A stretch of 64,000 nt of DNA from Nitrospirota bacterium (GCA_963710375.1 CAVPZX010000002.1:192001-256000), one strand, 5' to 3'. Counted from the stretch's first letter, positions 1-10,714 are shown. Numbers and translations: made by a program. The notes: generated from the sequence alone by a model not told the origin.

Positions 1-1202
1 GACGGCATGTTCGGTTTGATGTGATGCATTTCCGCCGTATGCCCGTTGAGCGCCTCCTGGGTCTTCAGGCCATTGCCGGTAATACATATTACCGTTCTTT
101 CATTTCTGCCTATCCTTCCCTGCTCAATCAGCTTCTTTGCCGTTGCGACCGTAACGCCCCCGGCAGTCTCGGCAAAAATGCCCTCGGTCTTTGCAAGCAG
201 CTTTATTCCATCGATAATTTCTTCGTCGGAAACATCCTCTGCATATCCCCCGGTTTCATTGACGATATGGCTGGCATAGTACCCGTCGGCAGGGTTGCCG
301 ATGGCAAGCGATTTAGCCACCGTATTCGGCTTGACCGGTTTTATTACATCAGTACCCTGCTTTATGGCAGCAGATATGGGAGAACAGCCTGTTGCCTGCG
401 CTGCAAACACTTTTGTCCCCAGTTTTTTGATCAACCCTATTTCCTTGCATTCCTTAAATGACTTCCACACCTTTGTGAGAAGCGAACCGCTGGCGCAGGG
501 CACAACCACATTATCGGGCGCTTCCCATCCCAGTTGTTCCACAATCTCGAAACCCTGCGTCTTGGAGCCCTCTGCGTAGAACGGCCTGATGTTTATATTT
601 ACAAATGCCCACGGGTACTTATTAGCGATCTCGCTGCAAAGCCTGTTGACCTCATCGTAATTGCCATCGACAGCCACAAGATTCGGTTCATATACCAGCG
701 AGGCCACTATCTTGCTCTGCTCCAGTGACGCGGGAATAAACACAAAACATTTGAAGCCGGCCTTTGCGCCATGAGCCGAAACCGAGTGGGCCAGGTTGCC
801 TGTAGATGCGCATGCCACCGTATCAAACCCGAACTCCTTCGCCTTGGTAAGCGCAACGGCAACAACTCTATCCTTGAACGACAAAGTCGGATGGGCCACC
901 GTATCATCTTTAACGTACAGCTCCCTGACCCCAAGGGCACTCGCAAGGTTATCAGCCCTTATAAGGGGAGTAAAGCCGGAATTGAGTCCTACCTGGGGCT
1001 CGCCGTCGATGGGCAGAAGCTCTTTATAACGCCAGAGGTTCCCATCCCTCCTTTCTATTGTCTTACGCGTCAACTTCTTTTTGATCTTTTTGTAGTCATA
1101 ACTTACTTCCAGGGGACCGAAGCAAAATTCGCAGACATATATAGGATCAACAGGATACTCCCTGCCGCATTCCCTGCATTTCAGGCCTTTTACATATCCC
1201 AT
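1..1202 (-). CDS. thrC: Threonine synthase-family PLP enzyme (3' end outside window)
   Basis: Not in the ORF track because it runs off the window. Manual translation from ATG 1202 (RBS GGAGG): MGYVKGLKCRECG...CEFC zinc ribbon, PTLSFKDR PLP lysine, ASTGNLA, ITGNGLKT. Confidence 0.88.
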   Translation of the reverse strand, partial: MGYVKGLKCRECGREYPVDPIYVCEFCFGPLEVSYDYKKIKKKLTRKTIERRDGNLWRYKELLPIDGEPQVGLNSGFTPLIRADNLASALGVRELYVKDDTVAHPTLSFKDRVVAVALTKAKEFGFDTVACASTGNLAHSVSAHGAKAGFKCFVFIPASLEQSKIVASLVYEPNLVAVDGNYDEVNRLCSEIANKYPWAFVNINIRPFYAEGSKTQGFEIVEQLGWEAPDNVVVPCASGSLLTKVWKSFKECKEIGLIKKLGTKVFAAQATGCSPISAAIKQGTDVIKPVKPNTVAKSLAIGNPADGYYASHIVNETGGYAEDVSDEEIIDGIKLLAKTEGIFAETAGGVTVATAKKLIEQGRIGRNERTVICITGNGLKTQEALNGHTAEMHHIKPNMP

Positions 1203-1351
1203 AAGAACCTCCTGTTTATTACCGAGAATTTAACCGCCTGACAACTTTAAGAGTAAAGCATATTTTACTTTAAAACAGAAAGAAAATCAAAGTGGTAGGG
1301 ATCGGCAGGGGCAGGCTGTTTATCGGAGCGCTGCCCTTCTCCTGTCATCCG

Positions 1352-1753
1352 CTAGCAAACCCTAATTTCGATTTCTTCAACAACTCCGCTTGTGATGAAG
1401 AACGCTTTAACCACAGGTTCTCTTTCGGAAAGACTCACAATGACATAAGCGCTGTCTTCGTAAAACGCAAGTGCCACATCCTTTGCGGACGGATATGAAG
1501 CAGAGGCAGGGTGGGAATGGAACAGTGCGACAATCGAAAGGCTCTCGTTGCGGAGCGCCTTCATGACCTCGAATTGCTCTTTTGAATCCATCAAGTAACT
1601 CACTGGCGAGCTTTCAACATTTCGCATCGGGAAAAGTCTGGACACCTCATTGCCGACGCCGGCCAAAATGCCGCAAGCCTCATTCGGATAGCCCTCCCTG
1701 CAATGAGCTATCATATCGTCGAAAATAAGTTGAGGCATAGTTATACTATTCAT
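1352..1753 (-). CDS. mec: JAB/MPN (M67, Mec-like) metallopeptidase
   Basis: PNEACGIL...FHSHP...PSAKD JAMM motif. Start taken as ATG 1753 because the longer ORF runs into a palindromic repeat. Confidence 0.85.
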   Translation of the reverse strand: MNSITMPQLIFDDMIAHCREGYPNEACGILAGVGNEVSRLFPMRNVESSPVSYLMDSKEQFEVMKALRNESLSIVALFHSHPASASYPSAKDVALAFYEDSAYVIVSLSEREPVVKAFFITSGVVEEIEIRVC

Positions 1754-1764
1754 CGTTTTACCAT

Positions 1765-1955
1765 CTTCGGCAGATGAGGATATGTCTCTGTAGCGAAGCG
1801 TTCTGTTTTGGTAACAGTTCTTTGCGAAATGAAGCGTTAAACAGCCGCAAGTGTCTGAGCCCATAGGGCGAGTTTTGCGGCTGTAGCGGAATGAGCTATA
1901 GAACTGTCAAAACAGAACGCCTGAGCGAAAGAGACATATCCTCCATCTGCCGAAG
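1765..1955. repeat. About 190-bp nested palindromic intergenic element (family C)
   Basis: Arms CTTCGGCAGATG-AGGATATGTCTCT / AGAGACATATCCTCCATCTGCCGAAG. Inner stems GCGTTCTGTTTTG/CAAAACAGAACGC, ACAGTTCT/AGAACTGT, ACAGCCGCAA/TTGCGGCTGT, GCCC/GGGC. Confidence 0.85.
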
Positions 1956-1958
1956 CAC

Positions 1959-2762
1959 CTACATTCTGCAGTATTCAGCCTCATAATCCTGGAGTTCGGT
2001 AATTGTGGGGTTCTTCCCGCACACCGGGCATTCATCATTCTTGGGTACACTGACACGTCTGAAAGTGGTCTTCAGGGCATCATATATCAGCAGCGTGTTT
2101 TTCAGCACCTCACCCTTGCCCAGAATGAGTTTGATGACCTCGACAGCCTGCAAAGAGCCGATTACACCGGGAATCGCTCCGATAACTCCAACCTCCTGGC
2201 ATGAGGGCACAAGTCCTGCCGGCGGCATCTCTTCAAACAGGCACCGGTAGCAGTGGCCTTCTCCAGGCAAAACAGTAGTTACCTGGCCCTCGAACCTCAG
2301 AATCGCTCCGCTAACAAGCGGCTTTTTCATCAGGACACAGGCGTCATTAATCAGATAACGGGTCGGGAAGTTATCGCTACCGTCCACAACGATATCATAA
2401 TCCTTTATCAAATTCATTATAGTATCCTTTGAAAGTCTTTCTGCAATGCCTATGACATTCACATCCGGATTCAATGCTTCAAAGGTCAACTTGGCAGACT
2501 CAACTTTCAGCATGCCGAGCGTCCTCGTACTGTGAGCTATCTGCCGTTGAAGGTTGCTCATTTCTACCCTGTCATTATCAATGATCCCTATAGTGCCCAC
2601 CCCTGCCGCGGCGAGATAATAGCCAACAGGGCTTCCCAGTCCTCCAGCCCCGATAATAAATACTTTAGCAGCCAGCAGTTTTTTCTGCCCCTTTGCTCCA
2701 ACCTCGGGCAGGAGTATGTGGCGGCTGTAACGTTGCAGCTGATCTTCGGTGAATTCCTGCAT
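1959..2762 (-). CDS. moeB: MoeB/ThiF/HesA family sulfur-carrier adenylyltransferase
   Basis: RYSRHILL, GAGGLGSP, SNLQRQI, DGSDNFPTRY, CYRC and CPVC Zn motifs; no C-terminal rhodanese domain. Confidence 0.9.
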   Translation of the reverse strand: MQEFTEDQLQRYSRHILLPEVGAKGQKKLLAAKVFIIGAGGLGSPVGYYLAAAGVGTIGIIDNDRVEMSNLQRQIAHSTRTLGMLKVESAKLTFEALNPDVNVIGIAERLSKDTIMNLIKDYDIVVDGSDNFPTRYLINDACVLMKKPLVSGAILRFEGQVTTVLPGEGHCYRCLFEEMPPAGLVPSCQEVGVIGAIPGVIGSLQAVEVIKLILGKGEVLKNTLLIYDALKTTFRRVSVPKNDECPVCGKNPTITELQDYEAEYCRM

Positions 2763-2872
2763 AAAGCTCCCCTCCCATGCCGAGGGAAAAAATTCACTCA
2801 AGCAATGAGATAATCTTATTAAATTATAAGTCTAATTTATCACAACGGAAAACTGAAAGGCAATGAGGATCT

Positions 2873-4198
2873 CTATCCTTCGCTACCCTCAACTCTGATA
2901 AACAGCGTTTTATCGGATACAACGGGCAGGGCGTCGATCTCCCTTACAGACTTGAGCACATCCCTTTCTCTGGCCCTGTGAGCAAGCACGACAAGCGGAA
3001 CAGATCCCCCGATGCTCCTGCCTTTCTGAATAACTGACGCGATGCTTATATTGTGGCTGCCGAGGATGCCCGATATCTTCGACAGGACGCCAGGCTCATC
3101 CAGCGCGGAAAATCTGAAATAGTACATGCTTTCTATATCAGCAATCCTTTTAATCTTTTTTTCTCCTGTGCCGAGAGAAGAATGGGCCGTGATGCCCGGG
3201 ACACGCAAGACGCCGCCACACATGATGTTCCGTACGATATCAACAACATCGGCGACAACAGCACTTCCGGTCGGCATATCGCCTGCGCCCCTGCCATAAT
3301 ATAGAGTAGAGCCCGATGCATCGCCTTCTACATACACGGCATTGAAAACTCCGTCGACCTTTGAAATCAAATATTCATTAGGCACCATGGTGGGATGCAC
3401 CCGCATCTCGATGCCTTCAGCAGTCGCCTTTGTGATTGCCAGGAGCTTCACTTTATAGCCGAGTTCCAGGGCAAAGGCAATGTCCTGGGCGGTTATTCTT
3501 GTAATGCCCTCTTTATACACATCGTCATACGACAGCGGGATCCCATAGGCCAGAGAGGCAAGTATAGTGAGTTTATGTGCGGAATCGATCCCCTCTATAT
3601 CAAAGGTCGGATCAGCCTCAGCATACCCTAGCCGCTGCGCTTCTCTCAGCGCGGTTGAGAAGTTGACCTTCTCGTCGGTCATCTTTGTCAATATGTAATT
3701 AGACGTTCCATTGATAATACCGTACACGGCAATGATCCTGTTTGAAACGAGTCCTTCTCTTATCACTTTGATGATAGGGATGCCTCCGGCAACTGATGCC
3801 TCAAACCCTATTTCAACGCCGGCCCGCTCAGCCTCGGCAAAGAGTTCATTCCCCTCGGTGGCGAGCAGCGCCTTATTTGCGGTAACAACATGCTTCCTGT
3901 TCCTTATGGCCTGGAGTATGAATTCCTTTGCAGGATGAATACCTCCCATAAGCTCAATCACGACATCGATTTCTGGATCGTTGATCACTGAGGATGCATC
4001 GGTAGTCAACACGCCGGATGGAACGTTTATGCCCCTGTCCCTCGTGATGTCAAGGTCCGCGATTCTCTTCAAAGCGATGTTAATGCCTGTCCTCTCCCTG
4101 ATGACCGCGGCATTTTCGAGTAAAATTCGCGTGGTCCCCGAGCCGACCGTGCCGAATCCTATGATGCCTACCGAAACAGTGTCCTGTTTAATTGTCAT
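2873..4198 (-). CDS. hom: Homoserine dehydrogenase with C-terminal ACT domain
   Basis: [43 protein letters not shown]. Confidence 0.95.
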   Translation of the reverse strand: MTIKQDTVSVGIIGFGTVGSGTTRILLENAAVIRERTGINIALKRIADLDITRDRGINVPSGVLTTDASSVINDPEIDVVIELMGGIHPAKEFILQAIRNRKHVVTANKALLATEGNELFAEAERAGVEIGFEASVAGGIPIIKVIREGLVSNRIIAVYGIINGTSNYILTKMTDEKVNFSTALREAQRLGYAEADPTFDIEGIDSAHKLTILASLAYGIPLSYDDVYKEGITRITAQDIAFALELGYKVKLLAITKATAEGIEMRVHPTMVPNEYLISKVDGVFNAVYVEGDASGSTLYYGRGAGDMPTGSAVVADVVDIVRNIMCGGVLRVPGITAHSSLGTGEKKIKRIADIESMYYFRFSALDEPGVLSKISGILGSHNISIASVIQKGRSIGGSVPLVVLAHRARERDVLKSVREIDALPVVSDKTLFIRVEGSEG

Positions 4199-5373
4199 CC
4201 CTTGCCAAGCACCTTTTTTATCCCTGATACAGCCTGCCGTATTCTATGTTCGTTCTCGACAAGCGCGAATCTGACATAGTCGTCGCCGCCTTCGCCAAAG
4301 CCTATGCCGGGCGATACGGCGACCTTTGCCTCTGTTATAAGGTATTTGCAGAATTCGAGCGATGCCATTTTTTTGAATTGCTCCGGTATCCCGGCCCAGA
4401 CAAACATTGTCGCCTTGGGTGAGTCAATCTTCCAGCCTGCGTTGTTTAAGCCCTTTATCAGCGTATTCCTGCGGGACTGATAGATGTTCCTTATCTCTTC
4501 AACACAGTCCTGGGGTCCGCGCAGCGCAACGATGCTGGCAATTTGTATAGGCTGAAACATACCATAATCGAGATAGCTTTTGATCTTTATGAGCGCACCC
4601 ACCACATCCCTGTTCCCGCAGCAAAACCCAACCCTCCAGCCCGCCATCGAATAACTCTTGGTGAGAGAAAAAAACTCAACCGCAACATCCTTTGCACCGG
4701 GTACCTGGAGGATGCTCGGGGCCTTGTAATCATCAAAGTTAAGGTCTGCATATGCGAAATCCTGCACGACGATAATGTTGTTCTCACGTGCAAAGTCCAC
4801 CACTTTGGTAAAGAAGCCAAGCCCCTCGACAACCGTAGTCGTGGGGTTATGCGGAAAATTGAGAATAAGCATCTTGGGTCTCGGCCATGTCTTCTTCAGC
4901 GCCTTCTCCAGCTCGTCAAAAAAATCGAAACCGGGGCCGATGGGAACGCTGATGACTTCACCTCCGGCAATTATATTGCTGTAAGGATGAATAGGGTACG
5001 CAGGCGTAGGAGTCATCACCACGTCTCCGGGCTGAATAGTAGCCAGCACAAGGTGCGAAAGCCCTTCCTTGACACCGATCGTGACCACTGCTTCTGATTC
5101 GGGGTCTATATCTACATCATACCGTCTCTTGTACCATTCGGATATCGCCATCCTCAGCTGCGTTATACCCTTTGATGCTGAATACCGGTGATTTTTTGGA
5201 TTATGCACAGCCTCGCAGAGTTTTTCAACGATATGTTTCGGCGTCGGTAAGTCGGGGTTGCCCATTCCAAGGTCTATTATATCCTCACCCTTCCTCCGGG
5301 AATCCATCTTCAAAGCGTTTACGATCGCAAAAACATAGGGCGGCAGTCTCTTGATCCTGTTAAACTCAAACAC
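4195..5373 (-). CDS. Class I/II PLP aminotransferase (AlaC / LL-DAP aminotransferase-like)
   Basis: [44 protein letters not shown] start. Confidence 0.9.
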   Translation of the reverse strand: MFEFNRIKRLPPYVFAIVNALKMDSRRKGEDIIDLGMGNPDLPTPKHIVEKLCEAVHNPKNHRYSASKGITQLRMAISEWYKRRYDVDIDPESEAVVTIGVKEGLSHLVLATIQPGDVVMTPTPAYPIHPYSNIIAGGEVISVPIGPGFDFFDELEKALKKTWPRPKMLILNFPHNPTTTVVEGLGFFTKVVDFARENNIIVVQDFAYADLNFDDYKAPSILQVPGAKDVAVEFFSLTKSYSMAGWRVGFCCGNRDVVGALIKIKSYLDYGMFQPIQIASIVALRGPQDCVEEIRNIYQSRRNTLIKGLNNAGWKIDSPKATMFVWAGIPEQFKKMASLEFCKYLITEAKVAVSPGIGFGEGGDDYVRFALVENEHRIRQAVSGIKKVLGKG

Positions 5374-5392
5374 GAGAAACCTCCTTAAAACA

Positions 5393-5516
5393 GTGAAACG
5401 TGAATCGTGAAAGGTGAATAGTGAATCGTGAAAAAATGAAAAGTTAACATTCTGCTTTCTTTTCTAGCCGTTTGCCATTCACATTTCACGTTTCACGTTC
5501 TTTTTCACGTTTTACG
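5393..5516. repeat. Inverted pair of heptamer tandem arrays (GTGAAWN)
   Basis: Six units gtgaaac/gtgaatc/gtgaaag/gtgaata/gtgaatc/gtgaaaa at 5393-5434; complementary TTCAC units at 5477-5516 overlap the lipA stop. Confidence 0.75.
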
Positions 5517-6349
5517 CTGTTATACATTTCCTCTGCATTCATTGAACTCCGCACCAAAGGGCCGGAAGCGACAAATTCAAACCCCAGGCCAAGCGCATAT
5601 AGTCTCAGAGCTTCAAAAACATCAGGGTGAATATATTCTACAACAGGCAGATTCTTTTTTGCAGGCCTGAGATACTGGCCTACTGTCAGAAGGTCGCAGC
5701 CGGCAGCCCTTATATCCCTGAAAACTTCCCTGATCTCATCAACCGTCTCACCGAGCCCGAGCATCACGCCAGATTTTGTCTTCATACTTGGCATCAGCGT
5801 CCTGGCGATTCTATGCACTTCGAGAGAGCGTTGATAATCAGCCTGGGGCCGCACAATATCATAGAGCCGCTTTACTGTTTCAATGTTATGGTTGAATACA
5901 TCAGGACGCGCATCCAGAACGATACCAAGAGCGTCTCTTTCCCCCTGGAAGTCCGGCGTCAGCACCTCTATCTTTGCAGCAGGCAGCGCGTTTCTTACAG
6001 CCCTTATCGTCGCTGCAAAATGCGAGGCGCCGCCATCAGGCAGGTCGTCCCTGGTCACTGAAGTAATTACAACATAACGCAAACCTAATTCGCATGCCGC
6101 TTCCGCAACCCGTTCAGGTTCTCCGGCATCGAGCGCTGCGGGCATGCCGGGACTGACAGAGCAGAAAGCACAATTTCTTGTGCACTGGTCTCCCATTATC
6201 ATAAAGGCTGCTGTCGGTTTTGAAAAACAGACTCCTTTATTGGGACACCGTGCCTCCTCGCAAACCGTGGAGAGGCGATGACTCCTCAAAAGGTCCTTTG
6301 TATGATGCAGTCCAATGGCTGTTGTCTTAATCCATTCAGGTAAGCGCAT
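5486..6349 (-). CDS. lipA: Lipoyl synthase
   Basis: CEEARCPNKGVC and CTRNCAFC motifs, VVITSVTRDDL, GQYLRP, GPLVRSS. Confidence 0.95.
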   Translation of the reverse strand: MRLPEWIKTTAIGLHHTKDLLRSHRLSTVCEEARCPNKGVCFSKPTAAFMIMGDQCTRNCAFCSVSPGMPAALDAGEPERVAEAACELGLRYVVITSVTRDDLPDGGASHFAATIRAVRNALPAAKIEVLTPDFQGERDALGIVLDARPDVFNHNIETVKRLYDIVRPQADYQRSLEVHRIARTLMPSMKTKSGVMLGLGETVDEIREVFRDIRAAGCDLLTVGQYLRPAKKNLPVVEYIHPDVFEALRLYALGLGFEFVASGPLVRSSMNAEEMYNSVKREKERET

Positions 6350-6433
6350 AGACAAAAATTAAAATACAATAAACCGGATATGGCACAACCGGCTGCTGTG
6401 CGACATGGATAGGGAGTTTAGAAAGAAACAAAA

Positions 6434-6454
6434 AAGGGCCTTTGTCAGGCCCTT
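6434..6454 (-). terminator. Intrinsic terminator after the cold-shock gene
   Basis: AAGGGCCT-ttgtc-AGGCCCTT hairpin followed by a T-run on the minus strand. Confidence 0.7.
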
Positions 6455-6459
6455 ATTCT

Positions 6460-6663
6460 TCAGATTTTTATAACATTAACAGCCTTTGGTCCGCGATCTC
6501 CTTCTTCGATATCGAATTGTACTCTTTGGCCTTCGGCTAATGTCTTGAATCCCTCGCTCTTAATAGAAGAAAAATGAACAAAGACATCCGCACCGTTATC
6601 CTGCTGGATAAACCCAAAACCCTTTGACTCATTGAACCACTTGACCTTCCCTTCAAAAGCCAT
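6460..6663 (-). CDS. cspA: Cold-shock protein (CspA family)
   Basis: [32 protein letters not shown]. Confidence 0.93.
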   Translation of the reverse strand: MAFEGKVKWFNESKGFGFIQQDNGADVFVHFSSIKSEGFKTLAEGQRVQFDIEEGDRGPKAVNVIKI

Positions 6664-6773
6664 AACTGCAAAATCCTCCTTTTTTCCTGGGAACAGGAAT
6701 TGCTCAATTACGAGACAAAGTTTCGTAATACGAAATATATACCATGTATGTAATCCAAAAGTCAAAAGAAAAT

Positions 6774-6888
6774 AAGGCTTAAGGCAAAGGGCAAAAGGCG
6801 AAGGGGTCAAACCAGAAAAAGGGCATGCTTTAAAACAGTCTGATTTTAACCTTTAGCCCTTTGCCATTGGCCTTTTGCCTTAAGCCTT
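6774..6888. repeat. Inverted pair of heptamer tandem arrays (AAGGCNN)
   Basis: aaggctt aaggcaa agggcaa aaggcga at 6774-6801; complementary units at 6844-6888. The outer 14 bp are perfectly inverted and contain the mazG stop. Confidence 0.7.
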
Positions 6889-7657
6889 TTTCGCCTCTTC
6901 CCAGAGCACATCCATCTCCTGGAGCGTCATGTCCGAAAGCTTTCTGCCGGAGCCCGCAGCCTTCATTTCTATGTAGCGGAAACGGGATATGAATTTAGTG
7001 ATGGTCTTCCTTAGCGCATCCTCGGGATTAACGCCGACAAAACGCGAAATATTGACAAGAACGAAAAACACATCCCCGAGTTCGTCCTCAATCGCAGCCT
7101 GGTCTTTTTGTTCGAGCGCCTCCCTGAATTCAGAGAGTTCTTCATCCAGCTTCTCCATGACCTCTCCGACCCTGTTCCAGTCAAACCCGACGCGTGCCGC
7201 TCTCGACTGTATCCTGTGAGCCTTGAGAAGCGCTGGGAGTTCCTTCGGAACACCCTCAAGGATTGACTCCCTGTTCTTGCCCTCCTCTTTCTTCCGGTCC
7301 TCCCACTGTTTCATGACCTTTTCAGACTGTTTCGAACTTCGCATCTCCGAAAACGTGCGGATGCCTGCCGATCATTTTTTCAGCGATAGCATTGATCACA
7401 TCCTCCATGCTGAATTCCCCGCGTTCCTTCGCCAGTTGACAGTGAAAAACGATCTGAAAAAGCAGGTCGCCGAGCTCCTCTTTTATTTTCTGGGGAGAAC
7501 CTTCATCGATGGCCTCCAGCACCTCGTAAGTCTCTTCCACAAGATAGGGCGTAAGAGACTCCCTCGTCTGCTCCCTGTCCCAGGGGCAGCCGTCTTCAGC
7601 CCGGAGAGCCGCCATAATATCAAGCAATTTCTGAAAGCTGTCCACTTTATTGTCCAT
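6880..7657 (-). pseudogene. mazG: Nucleoside triphosphate pyrophosphohydrolase MazG, frameshifted at about 7326 (possibly a sequencing error)
   Basis: [23 protein letters not shown] in one frame; EDELGD, NPEDALR in the other. Removing one base at 7326 restores ETAEKVMKQW. Confidence 0.85.
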
Positions 7658-7734
7658 ATGTTACCTCAAATATAATATATTAAATTATACTTATAAAGGA
7701 GCAAAGGATGGCGGGGGTTGGAGTTACTCTCTTA

Positions 7735-7775
7735 AAACATGAACCCCTCCTGTAATAAGCGAGGGGTTCATGTTT
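7735..7775 (-). terminator. Hairpin terminator after satP
   Basis: AAACATGAACCCCTC-N11-GAGGGGTTCATGTTT, 15-bp perfect stem. Confidence 0.75.
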
Positions 7776-7797
7776 AATTGCAGTGAAACAGTGCCGT

Positions 7798-8367
7798 TTA
7801 CTTGAGCCAGGCGCCCCCAACAGGAAGTTTAATGCCGGACTCTGCAAACACCGTAACCGCCATCAGATATAATGCCAATAATGCGCAAACTATCAGATCA
7901 TAAGCGGCAAAGGTTCCTGCTGCCGCGTTCTCTGTGAGCTCTTTGGCATCAAGACCGAGAAAACCGATCAGCAGTGTCAGGAATAATAATGCCAGTACAG
8001 TGTGGTGCTTCATTGATGCAATAAAGAGAATAAACGTGAAGATGGTCCACATCACAAGGAAAAACCCGAGGTCATTCCCATTGAACCCGAGCATGGGGTA
8101 AGCCGCATTTTTGCCGAAGATTACCATCAGGCATAATGAAATCCAGAAAGCCCCATATCCTGAAAAAGCGCAGAAACCGAAATTGTTGCCTGTTTTAAAC
8201 TCCAGCATACCGGCAATCAACTGGGCCGTTCCACCAAAAGCAAGTCCAAGCCAGAGGACCGGGGCAATACCGCACCATCCCAAGTTATGACATTGCAGGA
8301 CAAGAGTCGTCATTCCAAAACCGCCAAGACCAACTACAGCAGGGTTTCCCATTTTCACATCGCTCAT
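7798..8367 (-). CDS. satP: Acetate uptake transporter (SatP/YaaH, GPR1/FUN34 family)
   Basis: GNPAVVGLGGFGMTT signature, GGTAQLIAG, GNNFG, YGAFW; six hydrophobic segments. Confidence 0.88.
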   Translation of the reverse strand: MSDVKMGNPAVVGLGGFGMTTLVLQCHNLGWCGIAPVLWLGLAFGGTAQLIAGMLEFKTGNNFGFCAFSGYGAFWISLCLMVIFGKNAAYPMLGFNGNDLGFFLVMWTIFTFILFIASMKHHTVLALLFLTLLIGFLGLDAKELTENAAAGTFAAYDLIVCALLALYLMAVTVFAESGIKLPVGGAWLK

Positions 8368-8464
8368 TTTCTTTCTCCTTTTTATTCTCTTTTTTATTTT
8401 ACGGCAATGGGACATAAAGAAGTCCCGTCCACTAAAACAGATATCAAAAAAGGCTGGGATCAGC

Positions 8465-8923
8465 TTAAGCTAATGGCGGGGCAGGACCTGAATGCAGGGG
8501 GTTAAACTCCAAACTGGAGTTTCCATCATCTGAAGAGACGAGCAGCCTTGATCGAGAAGCAAAAAATATTGTGATATGCCCGAACAACCACAAATTTTCC
8601 GAGGGCGCAAACTTTACGCTTGCATTGTCGGGTAAGACCGCCCGCTTCTTACTGATGAGAACAGTGACTGTCGAGTTAGTGTGATCAAATTCATTTACCG
8701 AATCTATTTGGTCGCAAACGACTTCAACTAAAAAGATACTAAAATTATTTAAAGAGGCAGACATCCCGTCTGCATCACCGATATCGCCAACTATTCTCTT
8801 AACATCATATGTGTAGGAAAGCGGAGATATTGCATAAACAACATAATAGATGATAAACAAGGAAGATAAAACAATTTGTTTATTTTTTTTAAAGCCTGTA
8901 GTTACAACTCTCTGATAATCCAT
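8465..8923 (-). CDS. Hypothetical protein with N-terminal TM segment and Pro-rich C-terminus
   Basis: 152-aa ATG ORF, hydrophobic N-terminus, ends HSGPAPPLA. Confidence 0.55.
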   Translation of the reverse strand: MDYQRVVTTGFKKNKQIVLSSLFIIYYVVYAISPLSYTYDVKRIVGDIGDADGMSASLNNFSIFLVEVVCDQIDSVNEFDHTNSTVTVLISKKRAVLPDNASVKFAPSENLWLFGHITIFFASRSRLLVSSDDGNSSLEFNPLHSGPAPPLA

Positions 8924-9275
8924 AAAGTGGTCGAGATTGTCCCATCCTTTTGTTTGAAGAGGAGCGGCTCAATCATTATCCTAAGCAACTGTCTCCTTCA
9001 TGTCAATATTTTTTTGTTGCAAGTCGAAATTCATCTTCTATTAGCTTTGCAGAAAAAAGCTGAGCGGGTATCTTCTATGAGTTCTTTGGTCATGACTAAC
9101 CAAATAACCTCATCAAATCTCATGCCAGCCTTACCATAAAGCGGAGTTTTCTAATTTTTTAAAGGAGGAACGTTAGAGCAAGCGGAATTCGCCATATCGG
9201 GCCTTAAGATGAGAATTGCATGCAATTGCAGTATGCGCAAATGCATGCGCGCAACAAATTGCGTTAAACGAAAAA

Positions 9276-10154
9276 TCATTTCGTGAGTATTTCTACTATT
9301 TCCCTGTACCGCGCCGCAGTTTTGCTTATGATATCCTCAGGGAGCTCCGGGCCGGGATATGTCTTGTTCCAGTCCAGGGTCAGAAGATAATCCCTCACTA
9401 TCTGCTTGTCGAAACTGTCCTGTCCCCTGCCCGCCTCGTATTCTTTCGCAGACCAGAACCTGGACGAATCCGGCGTCAGCAGCTCATCAATGAGCATCAG
9501 GCTGCCTTCGTGCAGCCCGAATTCCATTTTGGTGTCGGCAATGATTATCCCCTTCTTCTCCGACAGATCCAGCGCCCTGCCGTATATAGCGAGTGTCGTC
9601 TCTCTGAGTTGCCGGGCAGTGGTATCTCCGACTATCTTTCTCATAGCATCGAAGCTTATGTTTATATCATGTCCTTCTTCCGCTTTTGTGCTTGGTGTAA
9701 ATATGGGTTCATCGAGCCGGGACGATTCGACCAGGCCTGCTGGAAGTCTAATACCGCACACCGTTGTCTTTTCCTTGTACTCAGCCCATCCTGAACCGGA
9801 AAGATATCCCCGAACAATGCATTCAACAGGCACCGGCTCCGCCCTTTTTACCAGCATGCTGCGGCCTTCCAATACAGCACTGTATTTGTGAAGCACTGCA
9901 GGATAGTCCTTCACTTCTGTAGCGACTATATGATTTTCAATTATGTCGCTCATCTGCCTGAACCAATAGAGGGAGATCTGCGTCAGCATCTTTCCCTTAT
10001 CAGCTATGCCGTTGGGCAGCACCACATCAAAGGCAGAGACCCTGTCGGTGGCCACTATCAGGAGATAGCCGTCTATCTCGTACACATCCCGCACCTTGCC
10101 ACGCCTGAGCAGTTTGACGTCATTGAAGTCTGTTTTCATAACAACACCGGACAT
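9276..10154 (-). CDS. purC: SAICAR synthase
   Basis: [50 protein letters not shown]. Confidence 0.96.
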   Translation of the reverse strand: MSGVVMKTDFNDVKLLRRGKVRDVYEIDGYLLIVATDRVSAFDVVLPNGIADKGKMLTQISLYWFRQMSDIIENHIVATEVKDYPAVLHKYSAVLEGRSMLVKRAEPVPVECIVRGYLSGSGWAEYKEKTTVCGIRLPAGLVESSRLDEPIFTPSTKAEEGHDINISFDAMRKIVGDTTARQLRETTLAIYGRALDLSEKKGIIIADTKMEFGLHEGSLMLIDELLTPDSSRFWSAKEYEAGRGQDSFDKQIVRDYLLTLDWNKTYPGPELPEDIISKTAARYREIVEILTK

Positions 10155-10200
10155 ATCTTCCTCCGAAATATCAGAAAAGTATGGGCAAAAGGCTAACAGA

Positions 10201-10710
10201 TTATTTTTTTGTCCCTTTGCGTTTAGCCAATGGCCCTTTGCCTAAGTTTACAAGACGCTTTTTTGACTGCTCTCTGAACTTTTCTATTTTTTGGGCAAGT
10301 TCGGGGTATTTAACTGAGAGTATCGAGCACGCAAGATATGCCGCATTCCTGGCGCCGCCTATCGCTACGGCAGCCACAGGAATTCCGGGAGGCATCTGCA
10401 CCGTGGAATACAGTGCATCAGCTCCGCCCAACGCCCCTGATGCGAGAGGGACGCCGATTACAGGCAGCGTCGTGTGAGCTGCCAGCGCCCCTGCGAGATG
10501 CGCTGACATGCCTGCTCCGGCAATGAGCACCTCGATACCGCGTTCCCTGGCACTCTTCGCATACTCGGCAGTATCGTCGGGGAGACGGTGAGCAGAGCTG
10601 ATAAGCATTTCATACGGGATGCCGAACTCTGTCAAAACATGCGCTGCCTGCTCCATTACAGGCAAATCGCTTTCACTTCCCATAAGGATTCCGACCAGCG
10701 GCTTCTTCAT
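10201..10710 (-). CDS. purE: N5-CAIR mutase
   Basis: [33 protein letters not shown]. Confidence 0.96.
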   Translation of the reverse strand: MKKPLVGILMGSESDLPVMEQAAHVLTEFGIPYEMLISSAHRLPDDTAEYAKSARERGIEVLIAGAGMSAHLAGALAAHTTLPVIGVPLASGALGGADALYSTVQMPPGIPVAAVAIGGARNAAYLACSILSVKYPELAQKIEKFREQSKKRLVNLGKGPLAKRKGTKK

Positions 10711-10714
10711 GCGG

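Noticed and set aside
7322..7324. Selenocysteine or readthrough at the TGA stops in mazG and the amidohydrolase (13753)
   Set aside because: The homologous sequence continues in a different frame, so these are frameshifts.
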